64,000 nt of DNA from Corallochytrium limacisporum Hawaii (Eukaryota > Protista > Pluriformea), in NCBI GenBank assembly GCA_002811645.1, contig PDIP01000057.1, positions 115,802 through 179,801 on the forward strand, given 5' to 3'. The translations under genes were made by a program, and so were the position numbers. The notes below the pieces were generated by a model that searched no databases, was not told where the DNA came from, and saw only the letters and a list, made by a program, of their open reading frames with translations. Shown in pieces: positions 24,501-37,609 of the stretch (position 1 is the stretch's first letter; each line of letters begins with the position of its first letter).

Positions 24501-26169
24501 CTCTCCATTTCGTTTTGGTGGTTCGGCTGTTGTCGTCGCCAACCGGGGGACCGTTCGGCACCGATTATGTTACGGAAATTGCATAGCTAATATATGGATA
24601 TTATTCACAGAATACTACATGTATTAAACGAAACGAGGATTCCGTTCCCGGATTTTTTTGCGCATTTAGTAGCTGTTACGAAATTGATTAGGTTGTCAGT
24701 TAAACTTCCGAGTTGAGGCCTCCCATTGGCTACAAATGCTTCTCTTTCCTCCCTTTCCGGCTCGTCAATTGTAAAAAAAAAAAGAGGAGATAGAGAGGAT
24801 CCAGCAGAGGCCGACATTTTGGCTCCTTTCTTTCGCCCTGTCCCCCCACGTCCTCGAGGTCTCCGAACTGAACCAGCTCCACCGGAGGTCATGAGGCCAT
24901 ACATTCTGCACTGCGGGATTTCTGATTCAGAATTTTATCGAAAGTTCGAGCCACGTCGACGCGCAAACCCCCGGGCGGGAAGGGGAAGAAGAAGACAACA
25001 CCCAAAGAAGGGAAGAGAGCGGCGCGATGGACGGACACGGAGCAAACTTTGGAAGGGCGGATTGGGGACAAAAGGGCGAACTGTGACAATCCCGGGGAAA
25101 CCGAAGTACGACAAGAGATGCGGACACGGCGACCCTCAAAATCGATTTGGGTGGGGGCTGTGTGAGGCAGCCGTGCTCGCCCTTCGATGAAAACACAAAC
25201 GCACATCAGGTACTGAATTAGTTCGCAATTCTTGAACGCGTTCGGCAAGCGTTAACGATTCCACGGCGTAGGTGAGAGTAGAAAAAAAAAGGGAGCGGGA
25301 GAGGAGGGACAGGGTCCATCCCTGGCTGCCCTGGAGTCAACCGGCTATCGACAGAAGTTGAGAATTTTTTCTTCCGCAAAACTCGTGGTCGCGCTCTTGT
25401 GAGTCAGGACCAGAAGGTAAAGCCGACCGCAGATATTATTGCCCGCAGTGGATGTTAGTATGTGACTTGAGAGGAAGGGGCGGGAAGGGGAGATGTCGCG
25501 AGACGAGAATTAAAAAGAGTGGGGCCTGTGACTGAAATTTTCCTTTTGGGCCGGTCTGTCCCCGCATTGGAATTGCGTTTTGTTCGGTTTCGCTGGTGCC
25601 GCAACTGGGCGCCACGGCCGTTACTGGGCCCATTGTGTAACTATACCGAAGGCAAGAGGGTAGAATGAAATGTGTTATCAGTTCCTATGGTAAAGAGAAA
25701 CTTCAAGTCCAAGGCGGTTGGGTCCCCCGCGGGGGGGGGGAGGGACTGTGATGAAAGCATTCTCAAGTAGTGGCATAATTAGGTCACGGGAACCAGCAAC
25801 GATTCACCACATCCCGCTGCTATGGACGGACTGGGTTTTATCGAAAGAAAGGGGGGAGGGGGGCGCACACCGGTAGTGCCAGAGCAGAGATTGGGTCCGG
25901 GCGGAAATCCCGTGGTTGTGTGGTCCGGTCCGAATGCTACGTAGCAGCCAGATGTCCTTGTGCCTCATGATATGAGGGGATGGTACCTCGTCACATATTC
26001 TGCATGGACTAGGTATTTGGCAGGTCCCTAGGTGGCGATAATCTACTTAACTAACGTGGCATGAAGTAGAGAGTAAAGAAACTAATACCACCTTTGGGTA
26101 GCGTATGTCAACGAACGTAGTATGTAGGATTGATATAACTAAAGTAAAGAAACCTCACAGAAACACACA

Positions 26170-27348
26170 ATGGGTAAACAACTTATTCAGGGTCATACCC
26201 GCGTCTATTGCGGTGGAAAATTCACATTGGGGCCTGACAGTCAGGGATTGGGCTTCATTGTAGTACTGATTCCGTTTGCAACTATCCTATACGGTATTCA
26301 GATTGCACCACACATTTGGACTGACACATCCCCCGCACTACCGATTCTCAGTGGTGTGTTCTTTGTTCTTGCGTATGCATGTATGCTTACGGCAGCATTA
26401 CGGGATCCCGGTATCATTCGGAGGTCTCCTCCTCCGCCTGTGGATGCTCTTCCAGATTTGTACAAGGAATGGGAGATAAACGGTGTGAAGTTCAGGACTC
26501 GCTGGTGCGAAACATGTAATCACTACCGGCCACCTCGGGCTGTGCACTGTGCCGTTTGCAATCAATGTATCCGTGAGTTCGATCATCATTGTCCATGGCT
26601 TAGTCACTGCATCGGGGCACGTAATTACGCGGCATTTTTCTGGTTCCTTATTTGCATAACCATTTTCATTGCCCTTGTCGGTGCACAATGCATTATCAGA
26701 CTTGCACCGGCAGATAGCTATGGAGACCTCTGGGCTGAATGGATTGTAGTCATCCTGGCGGGCCTGTTTATCCTTCCAGTAGGCCTCCTGGCTGGTTTGC
26801 ATATTATGTTGACCGTTAGGAATGAAACTACCAATGAGTACTACCTACGGAGATACCAGAAGAACCCGTTCGACTACGGATTCTTTGGCAACATCAAGGC
26901 GAAGCTGTTTAGCAAAAAGCCGCCCAAGGACATTAGATGGAAGCAGGAATTGCGGGCACACAAAAACGCAGCAAAGGCCTCGAAGAGTGGTCAGGCTGAG
27001 GATTCTCAGATGCCCACTGAGAAGGACTTGGAGGAAGGCAAGGTAAGTGGAGGCCATGTGGAGATTGCATCTTCGACTGCTGGTTCGGAACAGGAGCAAC
27101 TCTCTCCATCACACCTAGATGACTCAAAGAAGACGCCTTCTATGGAAAACATCTACGTTGACTCCCAGGAGGACCGCGACAAGATAGATGATACAACGAA
27201 AAGCAACGGACACACCGAAGTGACTGTGCCCGAGGCCAAGGAGGCTAGCGCTGTCAGTGACACGACTGAGCCCGCAGCGGAGACTGCTGAATCGCACTCC
27301 AATGAACAAGATGAGCCCGAGGATAACGCGAGGGAATCCAACGTCTAG
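26170..27348 (+). CDS. DHHC palmitoyltransferase (Erf2/ZDHHC9-like group)
   Basis: DPG motif, Cys-rich CETC..RPPRAVHC..FDHHCPWLSHCIGARNY domain, TTNE motif and four TM segments. Confidence 0.92.
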   Translation: MGKQLIQGHTRVYCGGKFTLGPDSQGLGFIVVLIPFATILYGIQIAPHIWTDTSPALPILSGVFFVLAYACMLTAALRDPGIIRRSPPPPVDALPDLYKEWEINGVKFRTRWCETCNHYRPPRAVHCAVCNQCIREFDHHCPWLSHCIGARNYAAFFWFLICITIFIALVGAQCIIRLAPADSYGDLWAEWIVVILAGLFILPVGLLAGLHIMLTVRNETTNEYYLRRYQKNPFDYGFFGNIKAKLFSKKPPKDIRWKQELRAHKNAAKASKSGQAEDSQMPTEKDLEEGKVSGGHVEIASSTAGSEQEQLSPSHLDDSKKTPSMENIYVDSQEDRDKIDDTTKSNGHTEVTVPEAKEASAVSDTTEPAAETAESHSNEQDEPEDNARESNV

Positions 27349-27713
27349 ATTAACATACACATCATGCTCTTACATAAACCTAGAAACAAACTTCAACCAC
27401 ATTTTCCTGACCATATGGTCACTCAGTGCATATTCCCAACCCACCCACCCGCCTCTGTGGACGGGATTCTCTTGAGTTTACGGCGAGTCATAGGGGGACC
27501 CGTACGACGGCCGATGATGTGGGGGGAACGACGGCCGCAGCACCAAGGCCACCCCGCGGTCCCGTGGCTGTCACTGGCGTGTGCGCTTGTTTGGTTTTTT
27601 TTTATTTTTGTTTTCCTTGGGGTTTCCCTTTGCCCGCCGAGGAAGAATTACGTGTGACCTTAGGCAGAGTCTCTCTGGCTCCATCCCCCCTCCCCCCCTC
27701 CCCCCCCCCCCCC

Positions 27714-27890
27714 NNNNNNNNNNNNNNNNNNNNNNNNNNNNNNNNNNNNNNNNNNNNNNNNNNNNNNNNNNNNNNNNNNNNNNNNNNNNNNNNNNNNNNN
27801 NNNNNNNNNNNNNNNNNNNNNNNNNNNNNNNNNNNNNNNNNNNNNNNNNNNNNNNNNNNNNNNNNNNNNNNNNNNNNNNNNNNNNNNNNN
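27714..27890. other. Assembly gap (N run) flanked by poly-C
   Basis: Run of Ns. Confidence 1.
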
Positions 27891-28112
27891 CCCCCCCAGA
27901 TCCCAGCGAGGACGGTGAACACCTGAGAGATAGCTGCGGTTCTTTTCCCACCAACACAAAAAAAAAACCCAAACATCCGCAGAGCCACCATAAACGTTCA
28001 AAAGTTGTCCACGGCGGGAAAGGCCTCCACTACCCCTGCCCTCCGCCCTGGGTTTCTCAACTGTTCTTTCTTAGCTGGCAGGGCGCGGAACCGCGGGAGC
28101 ACGGCCCGCAAA

Positions 28113-28190
28113 TCTCTCTCGCTCTCTCTCGCTCTCTCTCTCTCTCGCTCTCTCTCTCTCTCGCTCTCTCTCTCTCTCACTCACTCACTC
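28113..28190. repeat. Interrupted (CT)n tract upstream of SEC22
   Basis: Directly visible in the sequence. Confidence 0.9.
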
Positions 28191-28421
28191 CCTCGCTATC
28201 GTGCAAGTGACCGGCTGGTAACGAAATTTGGGGTATTTCAATCGTGGGTCGTTATAGGTTCTCAAGGGATAGCGGAATTAAATTTTCTGCGAAGACGACA
28301 TTAAACATTTTCAGCGACCGCCAAAATAAAAATCCAACTTGCTCGTTGGCAAAGGGAATCACATGAATGGATAAAACATTCCAACTTTACATATAGAACG
28401 CGGGAAACACAGGCAGAAATC

Positions 28422-29072
28422 ATGGTCTTGGACACTGTTATTGCCAGGGTCACGGATGGTCTGCCGTTGGTAGCAACCATGGAAAGCAGCGGTCACAAAG
28501 AACACAAACATCAGGCTAAGATGCTTTTGAAGAAGCTGAATGAATCACAATCACAGCGTATGACAATTGACACGGACGGCGGATGCTGCTTCCATTACAT
28601 GATTGAGAAGAACGTGTGCTATATGGTCTTGTGTGAACAGCAGTACCCCAAGAAGCTTGCTTTCAAGTATCTTGAGGATCTGCAGCAGGAATTTGAGCGC
28701 CAGTACCAGGACGAAGTTGAGACTGTCGCGAGGCCCTACGCATTCATCAACTTCGATACATACATCCAGCGCCTGAAGAAGAGCTACGGCGACACTCGGT
28801 CTGCCAAGAACATGCAAAGGCTAAACGACGAACTTCAGGATGTACAGCGCATCATGTCGCAGAATATTCAGGATGTCCTGGACCGTGGAGAACGGATCGA
28901 AAAGGTATCGGAAATGGCTTCCAGTCTTAGCATTGAATCAAAGAAGTACTTGAAGGACTCCAAGTATTTGGCGTGGATGGAGCTCATCTACAAGAAGTAT
29001 GGACCCATCATCCTCTTTGTGGTGGTGGTCCTGGGTGTGCTGTACCTGCGTTTCTACATCTTTAGCTACTAA
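28422..29072 (+). CDS. SEC22: Longin R-SNARE Sec22
   Basis: IARVTDGLPL longin start, RPYAFINFD, NIQDVLDRGE SNARE motif and a C-terminal TM. Confidence 0.95.
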   Translation: MVLDTVIARVTDGLPLVATMESSGHKEHKHQAKMLLKKLNESQSQRMTIDTDGGCCFHYMIEKNVCYMVLCEQQYPKKLAFKYLEDLQQEFERQYQDEVETVARPYAFINFDTYIQRLKKSYGDTRSAKNMQRLNDELQDVQRIMSQNIQDVLDRGERIEKVSEMASSLSIESKKYLKDSKYLAWMELIYKKYGPIILFVVVVLGVLYLRFYIFSY

Positions 29073-29154
29073 TCGTCACATTCAATATAGTATTCTATTA
29101 CAAATCGTAAGGTTACGACTCGTGTTTTCGTATTCTTTAGCATTATGATATGTG

Positions 29155-30195
29155 TCATCGTCCGCTTAGGCTTGAAGCTGGCAAAATCATGGCCATTCCC
29201 TGCTTAGTGATGATCGTGATCAAGAAGAAGACCGGGTTCCACACAACATGTTGTACGGCTTCCCGACCTACACTGAAGGGACCGATCTTTTTGGCAACCC
29301 TCAGATCCTTGTCCGTGATCCAGAAGTGAACTCGACCGAGCTCATCGCCAAAGAGAAGGCATCGGCTGGTTGGGTCCACGATCACGTTCGAAGTGATCTT
29401 GCACTGCGTGTTGGCATCTCCTGCTTTAATAATGTAATCCGGTACCGTATCCTCCGCAGTGTTCATCACCCAACTCAGCCCACTCCTCGCACTCGCGATC
29501 GCGTGTGTCTGGTTCGGGCACAGATATAAAGAATTCCATTTCTGGCCCATAAGTGCGCGGTGCAATGCCCGTCCAGTAGCGGACAGGACTTTAAACGGTC
29601 CCACAGACGGATCTGTCAGGTCATACAGCTTTATGGTTGGCATGTCATGTCCATTACCATCCGAATCTGCGGTTGTAAGCACTGCAAAATACGTGCCGAT
29701 CGGATCCAATGCAGCGCGCGCATGTTTTCCACCCTCGATCACGTGGAGCGGTTTGGCAAGGTCCGTGAGGGTCCAAATGCACACGACGCCGTCTTCGTCC
29801 GAACTTAGCATATGATGACTTGATCCACTCATGGCAAGCTTAGTGACCCGAACTTTGTGGTAATGGAGATATGCTTTGAAACTGTTCTTCGTAATGTCAA
29901 CAAGTCGCAAGTCATGGTTCCCTTTCGACGAACTAATCACTACTTTTCTCCGATCGTGTGTAAAACAAATGAATTCAATACCATATTTTTCCTGGGGTAA
30001 ACTTGATATCTGTTGCCCGGTAAAGGTGTCGTAGAGATACAGAGTTTTGTCTACTTTGGAAGCAAGTGCCAGTGTCCTCCCATCAAAACTGAAGACCGCA
30101 TCCGACACATTGCTCCCAATAGTCCCATCTTCTCGACCGACGAGGAGATTTTGTAGAACCTCTGCATCCAATTTATGTTTTGATGTCATAGCCAT
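29155..30195 (-). CDS. WDR82: WD40 protein WDR82/Swd2-like (COMPASS/PNUTS subunit)
   Basis: Motifs LYLYDTFTG..KYGIEFICFTHD, AALDPIGTYFAV and IKLYD..VGPF resemble WDR82, though divergent. Confidence 0.7.
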   Translation of the reverse strand: MAMTSKHKLDAEVLQNLLVGREDGTIGSNVSDAVFSFDGRTLALASKVDKTLYLYDTFTGQQISSLPQEKYGIEFICFTHDRRKVVISSSKGNHDLRLVDITKNSFKAYLHYHKVRVTKLAMSGSSHHMLSSDEDGVVCIWTLTDLAKPLHVIEGGKHARAALDPIGTYFAVLTTADSDGNGHDMPTIKLYDLTDPSVGPFKVLSATGRALHRALMGQKWNSLYLCPNQTHAIASARSGLSWVMNTAEDTVPDYIIKAGDANTQCKITSNVIVDPTSRCLLFGDELGRVHFWITDKDLRVAKKIGPFSVGREAVQHVVWNPVFFLITIITKQGMAMILPASSLSGR

Positions 30196-33100
30196 GGCAG
30201 CGAACAATAATTCTTATCCCATCCATGCCACCAGGATCTACTTTCCCATCGTCATTTGTGATTCGGGGCCCCACTATCTCCTTCCAGTTTGTTCCTGATT
30301 CGTCAAGTACGAGACACCTATTGTGTTCGTTAGTTCAAGGCAATGAATACCATATTTCTGGTGTAGCCTGTGCATCAGTCTGATGGAACTAGCATTCCAA
30401 GTTCCGAAAGAAACTCGCAGCGGTCCACATGCCATCGCCCGTTCTACGGAGCCCCGGGAGACCGAGGCACTAACCCATTCCCTTGGTCTGTACACCCCCC
30501 CCCTCGGGGAGAGGGACCCCTTCGTCTCGTTCCGCGCGCTGAATATTGATTATTTATTGATCTACTTTGGTAGACCCCAAAGGCCGCCATATCGAAAACA
30601 CAGTGATAGTACATTCACTATGAAATGCCCCCTTCTGGCCCTGGTCCAAGGGGCGCATACTGTGTCCCAGGCCAAGTCTACATACGCAGTCGACATCAAT
30701 CACTTACTTGTTGAAGGCCACTACCCGGGAGCTGTATCAACGTCAAAGTAACAGAGAAGCATCGCGTGCTCAACCATTGCACATTCCAACAAACTCCATA
30801 AGCAAAGTCGTACTTGGGTATCTTTATGGTGCATGGCACGGAAGGAGAGGTCCACTTGTTACTGATGAGACGTGGGTGAGAGCTGTTGCCTGATGACAGC
30901 CACGTCTGATGGCTGATGTCGAACATAGAGACTGACTGTGCAGCCCGCTATCTCTTTCGGTCGTTTCCTTCATTCTTGTTATCTCAATATCCTAATCTTC
31001 AGCAAACGCAACAGCGGTGACACAGACAGAAATTCGTTCGCATATCAAAGTCTCGTTGAGAACCCCGATGTATCCTACCCCATCAATGACAGAGGACGAT
31101 GAGGACGTACAAGCTCATCATCGTCGCTGCTCCCAATACTCTGTCTTGAGCGACCTTTGTTGTTAGTACGTGAGATATGGGCTTGCGAGAGCGTTGCAGC
31201 AGTGTTTCCCATCGTGAAAGCTGCGTTGAGGGCGCGAGTCATTCAACGCCATCGTACAGTGTCAACATCACCAGCAACAAACATGCGAGTAAAGGCAATC
31301 TGACCATGGTGGCTTGCTGTTGATGTAGCGCACGATTAAGAAAATCGTGTACCGTCACATCATCCCGTCAGCATGCATGCAAAACAGATACCCTCAGGTT
31401 AAGAGGGCCCAGCAGCGGTCGATGTTGCGACCTGTAGATATGGGAACATGTGTGGCGACTGGCCTGCCAGGCATAACGAGCACCTGATTCGTATGCACTT
31501 TGACCATCAGCAAGCAATATTCTGCAAACATGCATGTCTGAAAAGCAAAGCAAGGCCAAGCCGACATCAGGGACGATATCATCAGAGTGCTGGCAAACTA
31601 CGCTATAAGGTCGGAATATATGCTGATGGTGATCCACATAATGATGGTGATGGATCCGCATCGCATCTCTCCAGGCACCGACTGTCCGAGTCGGCCTTTC
31701 CGTGTGTCCCACTATCGTTTGTCCATGTCTAAGAATAAATCTGTCACATTGAATACAGCGGCTTCGTGTGCATACTTGGTTTCATCCCCTCATTTTGTGG
31801 AAATGCTACCGCTATTCACAACAATGTCCAAGGGGCACCCGTGAATCCTATGCTTGGGCCAGGCCAATGCCAGGTGACCGGCACTGCGCAAGAGTGGGGT
31901 ATACCCGCGGGGAGAAAAAGTAGCGGAGTCAGACCCCCAGAGAGAAACGAAAGGAAAGGAGGCAGGAGCAAGAGCAGGGTTGGCTCCGGCCCCCGTTGTC
32001 TCCGTGCGCGGGTGCACTCCGTATTGGCCCATACGCACTTCTCCCTGATTCGGACAACAATTCAAAAAAACTTTCTTTGAAAGCCAATGTTTGGGAAACC
32101 GTCTCGGAAGAAGTGGGAGGTTCAAGAAAAATATTACATACACTATCTAACCCCGGGCTCGTAGGAAAATTCTTCTTTTAGTTGGGGCCTTGTCATAACC
32201 CCCTCCCCCCCCCCCGGGGGTCCTCCGTTCCGCGCTGGATTTTTTCTTCCATGCCGTCCCTCCCTCCCTTTGAAGGTACAAGAGCCACCACCACCACCGC
32301 AGAGAGTGTACCTAAACGGCGAGAGATGGATGGCGCAAACTGATCGTTTGAAAAAAAAAAAGCAAGACTCTGGACAAAAAAAAACAAAGAGGCCGCGACA
32401 AAAGCTGGGCAAATGCGGGAGAAGACCAGAACCGTTTTCGCAGGTGAGAGACCAAGAGAGAGGTAAGACCATGGAATTTGGATATGGGCAACCGGCCCCC
32501 CACAGGGCCCCCGGGGGAAGGGGGGGGGCAGAGAGGGAAGAAAACTCAAGCGTGCGTCGGTACTGAGGTCAGGGAAGGGCAGGAACAATAGCGGACACTG
32601 TGAAAAAAACCGGGGGGGAGGGGAGAGAAAGAGAAAAGGGCAATGCGCAAGCAAAAAACGAAAGCCCCCAGGCTCGTGGCTATGCCACCAAAGGCAAGGG
32701 AGCGCACCACAGCCCCTCAGCACAGCAGGAGCAGCTCACTACGGCCTGGTTTCATCCGCAGAAATTTTATGCACACATCTGGCCGCTCCCGTACGTTATT
32801 ACCTCATTCAGCAGTCATCTTCCTTAATTAATCACGTTCTTCCAGTATTGAACCGGCACAACTAACTGAAATTCTCGGCCGGACTACCCACCAACCCCTT
32901 CGCGAGCTGATGTCAATATGCAGCGCGCACCTTCGGGAACGAGCTCTGTCACCGTTGGTCGGTTGGTTCGGACTCGTCGCGGTGTTTTCAGTACTGAAAA
33001 CAAGCCCCTCTCCCTTCCTTGGCTTCCCCTTGCTCTCTGGTGTCCTGGACCCGCCGCCCGGGTTCGAGGGGCGGGCCTACCACCTCTTTTTTCTTCGGAG

Positions 33101-34684
33101 GTGCCATTTCCTTGGGCCTTTGTTTTGCCTTTTTTTTCCTCCTGGCCCTGGCTCTCACTCGCCAGCACCTCCTCCTCCACGCGTCCCCCCTCCCCCTTTT
33201 TGTCTTTATCCTCCCCTTCCCGCCGGCGGCCTTCCCCTCCTCCGCGAAGAAAGGAGGGGGGAGGGGGGACCAGGACTGCGAGGGATAGAGACTCTCTCGC
33301 CAGAAGGAAGGGGGGAGCGATGTGGAGAGGACAGTTTCCATACCGAAAGTACCGACGCAGATCAGATCGCGAGAGCGACCGGACGGACGGGAAGGGCGAG
33401 AGCGATGAAAAGATCGAGACCCACACCGGGAAATCAGGGAGGAGGAAAGGAGACATCGTGCTCGTTTCCACTTTTTTGATATCCTTCGTAGCTTCTCTAT
33501 TTCTATTTCTACCTGCATTGTACTCTCACTACGGGCTATTTTTTTGTGTTCTGGTCTTGTGCTCACACGCGCACTCTTCGCATTCGTTCATGGGACGGAA
33601 GGCGGGGGCCCGGACACCATCACACAAAACTGCAAAAATGTAAATAAAAAGTTAGTAGCGGAAGAATGAAATGGCATGACTTGGCGGCCTCTCCCCCCCT
33701 CTCCCCTCGTTCCCTCTCCTCCCCCTACGCCCCGTTTTCTCCTCCCAGTCTTCGGGTGGATACGTGACGGTGTGTGGTCGGCACGAGAGGTATAATGAAA
33801 CCGCCTCCCCATACCCTCTAAAGAAAAAAATTATGAGAGCAGTGGCGCTTTTGACTCCCCAACCCAACCCAACCCCCAACCTTACCCGCTCCCGTTTTCG
33901 CTCGCTCACTGTTTCTCTCTCTCTGTCCCCAGTAATCTGTCTGGGCTCACTATCTGCCGCATTTTGGTGCACAAAATTTTTGTTGTCTCGGCTGGCCCCC
34001 GCTGTGCCTTCCCTTCCGTCCCGTTTCATCGCCGTACGGGCCTGTACCGACTGCGGCAAGTCACAGTTGTGGTGCTGAAGCGAGGTGGGGCCGGCCCTCC
34101 CAGGGTTGGGGGAAGGGGGGGGGGGGAGAATGAGCGGTTGGTTGGTCTCTTAGACTCCCTCCCCTCCTCCCCTCCCCTCCGGCCAAGCGGAGGAGTATTG
34201 GTTTCGAGCCGCAAAGCACACCGCCGCCGCCGAACCAAGCATACACCGACACCGAGACCGTGGGTCCGTGGGCCACCACGACGTAAGGTCTATTCCTTCA
34301 AAGAGCAAAGGCTCATTTAACACGCGCAGAGCAGGCATCTCGCACGCACACAGAGCACAGCCAGGAGCGGTGGTGGACTTTGAGAACGAATTTCATTCTC
34401 TAATAAACTAGTTGGACTTTCGAGGGTCTGGTAAATGGTAGCCCGAAGTTTTGGCTGTATTGCTGCGGCGGAGGTAGATCAGAACTAAAATCTCTACGTG
34501 GATAGAATTGCATTCGAATTAGCGGACGATAATTACAGAACACCCGTCAGGGCCGGCAAGCATATTAAGAAAATAGAAACAGGGCCATTAAACATAATGA
34601 GTATTTTCTACCGTTGACATAGACCAACATCAAGAAACAAGAGAGGTAGTAGAAAAATCTAAAAATTTACACGAACAGATCAGA

Positions 34685-37501
34685 ATGAGTGACGCAGGTA
34701 GTGTCGCCAGCGGTGGCTACGACGAGCAGCATGAGGAACGTCACCCAGCAGAACAGCATCCCGCGGAGCGTGGAGAGAGTGCAGGCGATAACAATGTCCT
34801 AGAGGAACAGATGGGGCCAACCAGGCCAACTGCTTCGAGTTTGAGGAACTCACGGGTGCTGAGTACGTCCGAGCAATACGATTTGCATTTTACCTTGGTG
34901 GGCTGCAAGGACCTGGCCAAGAAGGACTTGTTTGGACTCAGTGACCCATACTGCAGGTTGTGGGTAAACAAGGCCGACCAGCTCAAGATGAGCACCGTCA
35001 AGAAGAAAACATTGACTCCGAAGTACAATGAATCGTTCGTTTTCCGGGTGAACCCGGCCTCTACGACTATACATGTTCACGTCTATGACAAGAATCGTCT
35101 GACCCGTGATGACTTTCTGGGTGCTGTGGAAGTACAGCTGAAAAATTTCCCAGTTGAAGGCAATGAGTCGTGGGGTCCAGCTACGAACCGCGTGATTTGC
35201 ATGAACCTGAAGGCCAAGATTGGCAAGCCTCAGCGCGTACAGGGAACGATTGAGTTTAAGTTGTGGTATCTGGGAAGGACACAGGCCACCATTGATCCCC
35301 TCGCAAAGAATTTGAATAACATGCAGGTCAGCGAAGCGGGCTCCCTGACCTCCTTGAATGGACCTCAAGCGCGGCCGAACAAGTCTCGCAATGCCACTGT
35401 GGCTCAAGTCGCGGCGGCCGCTGGTGGCACTGAACGTCTCCGCGACCAACTGCTGGATGAACCTGTTGTGCCTAATGGTGCCGCAGGAACCAGCAATGGC
35501 AATGTCATGCCGACACAGTCAAGTGATGGTGAGGATGAGCTGCCCGAAGGCTGGGACCAACGGTGCGATCAGAACTATCGAATCTACTATGTCCATCACG
35601 CTAGCCGTACAGTGACCTTTGAAAGGCCGACAGTGGAAAATGCAGACCGTTTGATACAATCATTGGAAGCACAGAGGCGCCAGCAGCTGTATCGTAACTC
35701 CATCCTGACCCGCAACCACGAGGCGGCTGGCGGTGCTGCAGCAGGTGCTTTGGAAGGCGAGGAGCTGCCAACCCCGGACATGGGCGTGCCCACTACAGGC
35801 GAAGACAGTGCGAACGAGGCTGGCAGACAACTGGATCCTAGTAGCTCATCAGCTCAGGCGGTGAAAGCCTTGCCATCGATCAAGGATAACATTGTGCCGG
35901 GCCTGGCTGACAAACGGAAGGGAGCTGACCTCAGTGGCAATACTCCCTCTGTTGCACATGCGAACGGACACCACGCTCTGACTCCAACTGCGAGCTCCGG
36001 ACGGCCACGTAGCGCATCGGGCGGCAAGAAGAGTAAGAAAGATGATGCGAAGTATCAGGCCCTTCCTGCTGGTTGGGAAGTGCGTTGCATGCCGGACGGC
36101 CGCGTGTTCTTTGTCGATCACAACACAAAGACCACGACGTGGACAGACCCTCGCTTACACCAAGACAAAAAGGGACAAGCACACGGTGGTGGTGCCACAG
36201 GCACTCGCAGCTCACACACCAAACAGCTCGGCCCACTCGAACCTGGATGGGAAGAGCGCCGGATGCCTGATGGCCGGATCTTTTTCGTCGATCATAACAC
36301 GCGCACCACACAGTGGGAAGATCCCCGTCTGCACAGAAATCGCCAGGGAACCCAGGCCGTTGCTTACAGCCGAAACTACAAGCAGAAGTTGGCCTACTTC
36401 CGGTCCAAGCTGCGCCAGCAGGAGGGAAAGATGGAAATCATCATCAATCGCAGCAACCTCTTCGAAGACTCGTTCCGTGCAGTAATGAACAACAACCCTA
36501 CCGATCTCAAGAAGCGCCTGTGGATCATCTTTGAGGGGGAGGAGGCCCTTGATTACGGTGGCGTCGCCCGTGAATGGTTCTTCGATCTGAGTCACGAGAT
36601 GTTCAATCCGTACTACGGTCTTTTCGAGTACTCTGCCGCAGACACATACACGCTGCAGCTGAATCCTAATTCTGGGGTCAACCCGGAGCACCTGGAATAC
36701 TTTAAGTTCATTGGGCGGGTTACAGGTATGGCTGTGTTCCACGGCAAGCTCATTGATGCCTATTTTGTACCGAGCTTCTACAAGATGATGCTGGGCAAGG
36801 AGCCCACGCTCGAGGACATGGAAACCGTGGATATGGAGTTCTACAATTCCATGAAGTGGGTGCTCAGTAATGATATTGAGGATGTCCTGGACCTGACTTT
36901 CAGCATGGATCAGAATATCTACGGTGAGCTGGTCGAGGTGGACCTGAAGCCGGATGGTCGCAACATTGTTGTTACCGATGAGAACAAGTTTGATTACGTC
37001 AGACTCGTGACCGACTGGCGTCTGAAGCGGGGTATCCAAGAACAGATGTCTGCCTTTATGGAAGGTTTCAACGAGTTCATTCCCCAGAACTTGATCCAGC
37101 TCTTTGACTCCAAGGAATTGGAACTGTTGCTGGGTGGTATAACCGAGATTGATGTCAAGGATTGGCAGCACAACACAGAGTACCGCAGCGGCTACAACCC
37201 AAAGGAAGAGGTTATCGTCTGGCTATGGAAATTCATCTCAGAGATGGACAACGAAATGAAGGCACGGACACTTCAGTTTGTCACGGGTACATCGCGTGTG
37301 CCGATGAATGGCTTCAAGGAACTTCACGGAAGCGACGGACCTCGCCGCTTCTGCGTCGAAAAGTGGGGACGGCCTGACAATCTCCCGCGTGCCCACACAT
37401 GCTTTAACCGTCTAGACTTGCCGCCCTATGAGAACGAAAAGCAACTGCGTCAGAAGCTGCTCATTGCAATTGAAAACACCCGCGGTTTTGGACAGGAATA
37501 A
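34685..37501 (+). CDS. NEDD4: NEDD4/Rsp5-family HECT E3 ubiquitin ligase (C2, 3 WW, HECT)
   Basis: C2 domain (DLFGLSDPY), three WW domains (LPEGW, LPAGW, LEPGW), and HECT with [15 protein letters not shown] and [13 protein letters not shown]. Confidence 0.93.
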   Translation: MSDAGSVASGGYDEQHEERHPAEQHPAERGESAGDNNVLEEQMGPTRPTASSLRNSRVLSTSEQYDLHFTLVGCKDLAKKDLFGLSDPYCRLWVNKADQLKMSTVKKKTLTPKYNESFVFRVNPASTTIHVHVYDKNRLTRDDFLGAVEVQLKNFPVEGNESWGPATNRVICMNLKAKIGKPQRVQGTIEFKLWYLGRTQATIDPLAKNLNNMQVSEAGSLTSLNGPQARPNKSRNATVAQVAAAAGGTERLRDQLLDEPVVPNGAAGTSNGNVMPTQSSDGEDELPEGWDQRCDQNYRIYYVHHASRTVTFERPTVENADRLIQSLEAQRRQQLYRNSILTRNHEAAGGAAAGALEGEELPTPDMGVPTTGEDSANEAGRQLDPSSSSAQAVKALPSIKDNIVPGLADKRKGADLSGNTPSVAHANGHHALTPTASSGRPRSASGGKKSKKDDAKYQALPAGWEVRCMPDGRVFFVDHNTKTTTWTDPRLHQDKKGQAHGGGATGTRSSHTKQLGPLEPGWEERRMPDGRIFFVDHNTRTTQWEDPRLHRNRQGTQAVAYSRNYKQKLAYFRSKLRQQEGKMEIIINRSNLFEDSFRAVMNNNPTDLKKRLWIIFEGEEALDYGGVAREWFFDLSHEMFNPYYGLFEYSAADTYTLQLNPNSGVNPEHLEYFKFIGRVTGMAVFHGKLIDAYFVPSFYKMMLGKEPTLEDMETVDMEFYNSMKWVLSNDIEDVLDLTFSMDQNIYGELVEVDLKPDGRNIVVTDENKFDYVRLVTDWRLKRGIQEQMSAFMEGFNEFIPQNLIQLFDSKELELLLGGITEIDVKDWQHNTEYRSGYNPKEEVIVWLWKFISEMDNEMKARTLQFVTGTSRVPMNGFKELHGSDGPRRFCVEKWGRPDNLPRAHTCFNRLDLPPYENEKQLRQKLLIAIENTRGFGQE

Positions 37502-37609
37502 CCACAACCACATACCGAACCAGAAAAACACAAAATTTCGATCATTTTATATTTTTAACCTTTGTGATTATTACTATTACATTTGCCCTGTATACACTAA
37601 ATGATTTCT

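Noticed and set aside
36212-37171. Long antisense ORFs over NEDD4, ADSL, RibA and other genes
   Set aside because: Shadow frames caused by codon bias of the real genes.
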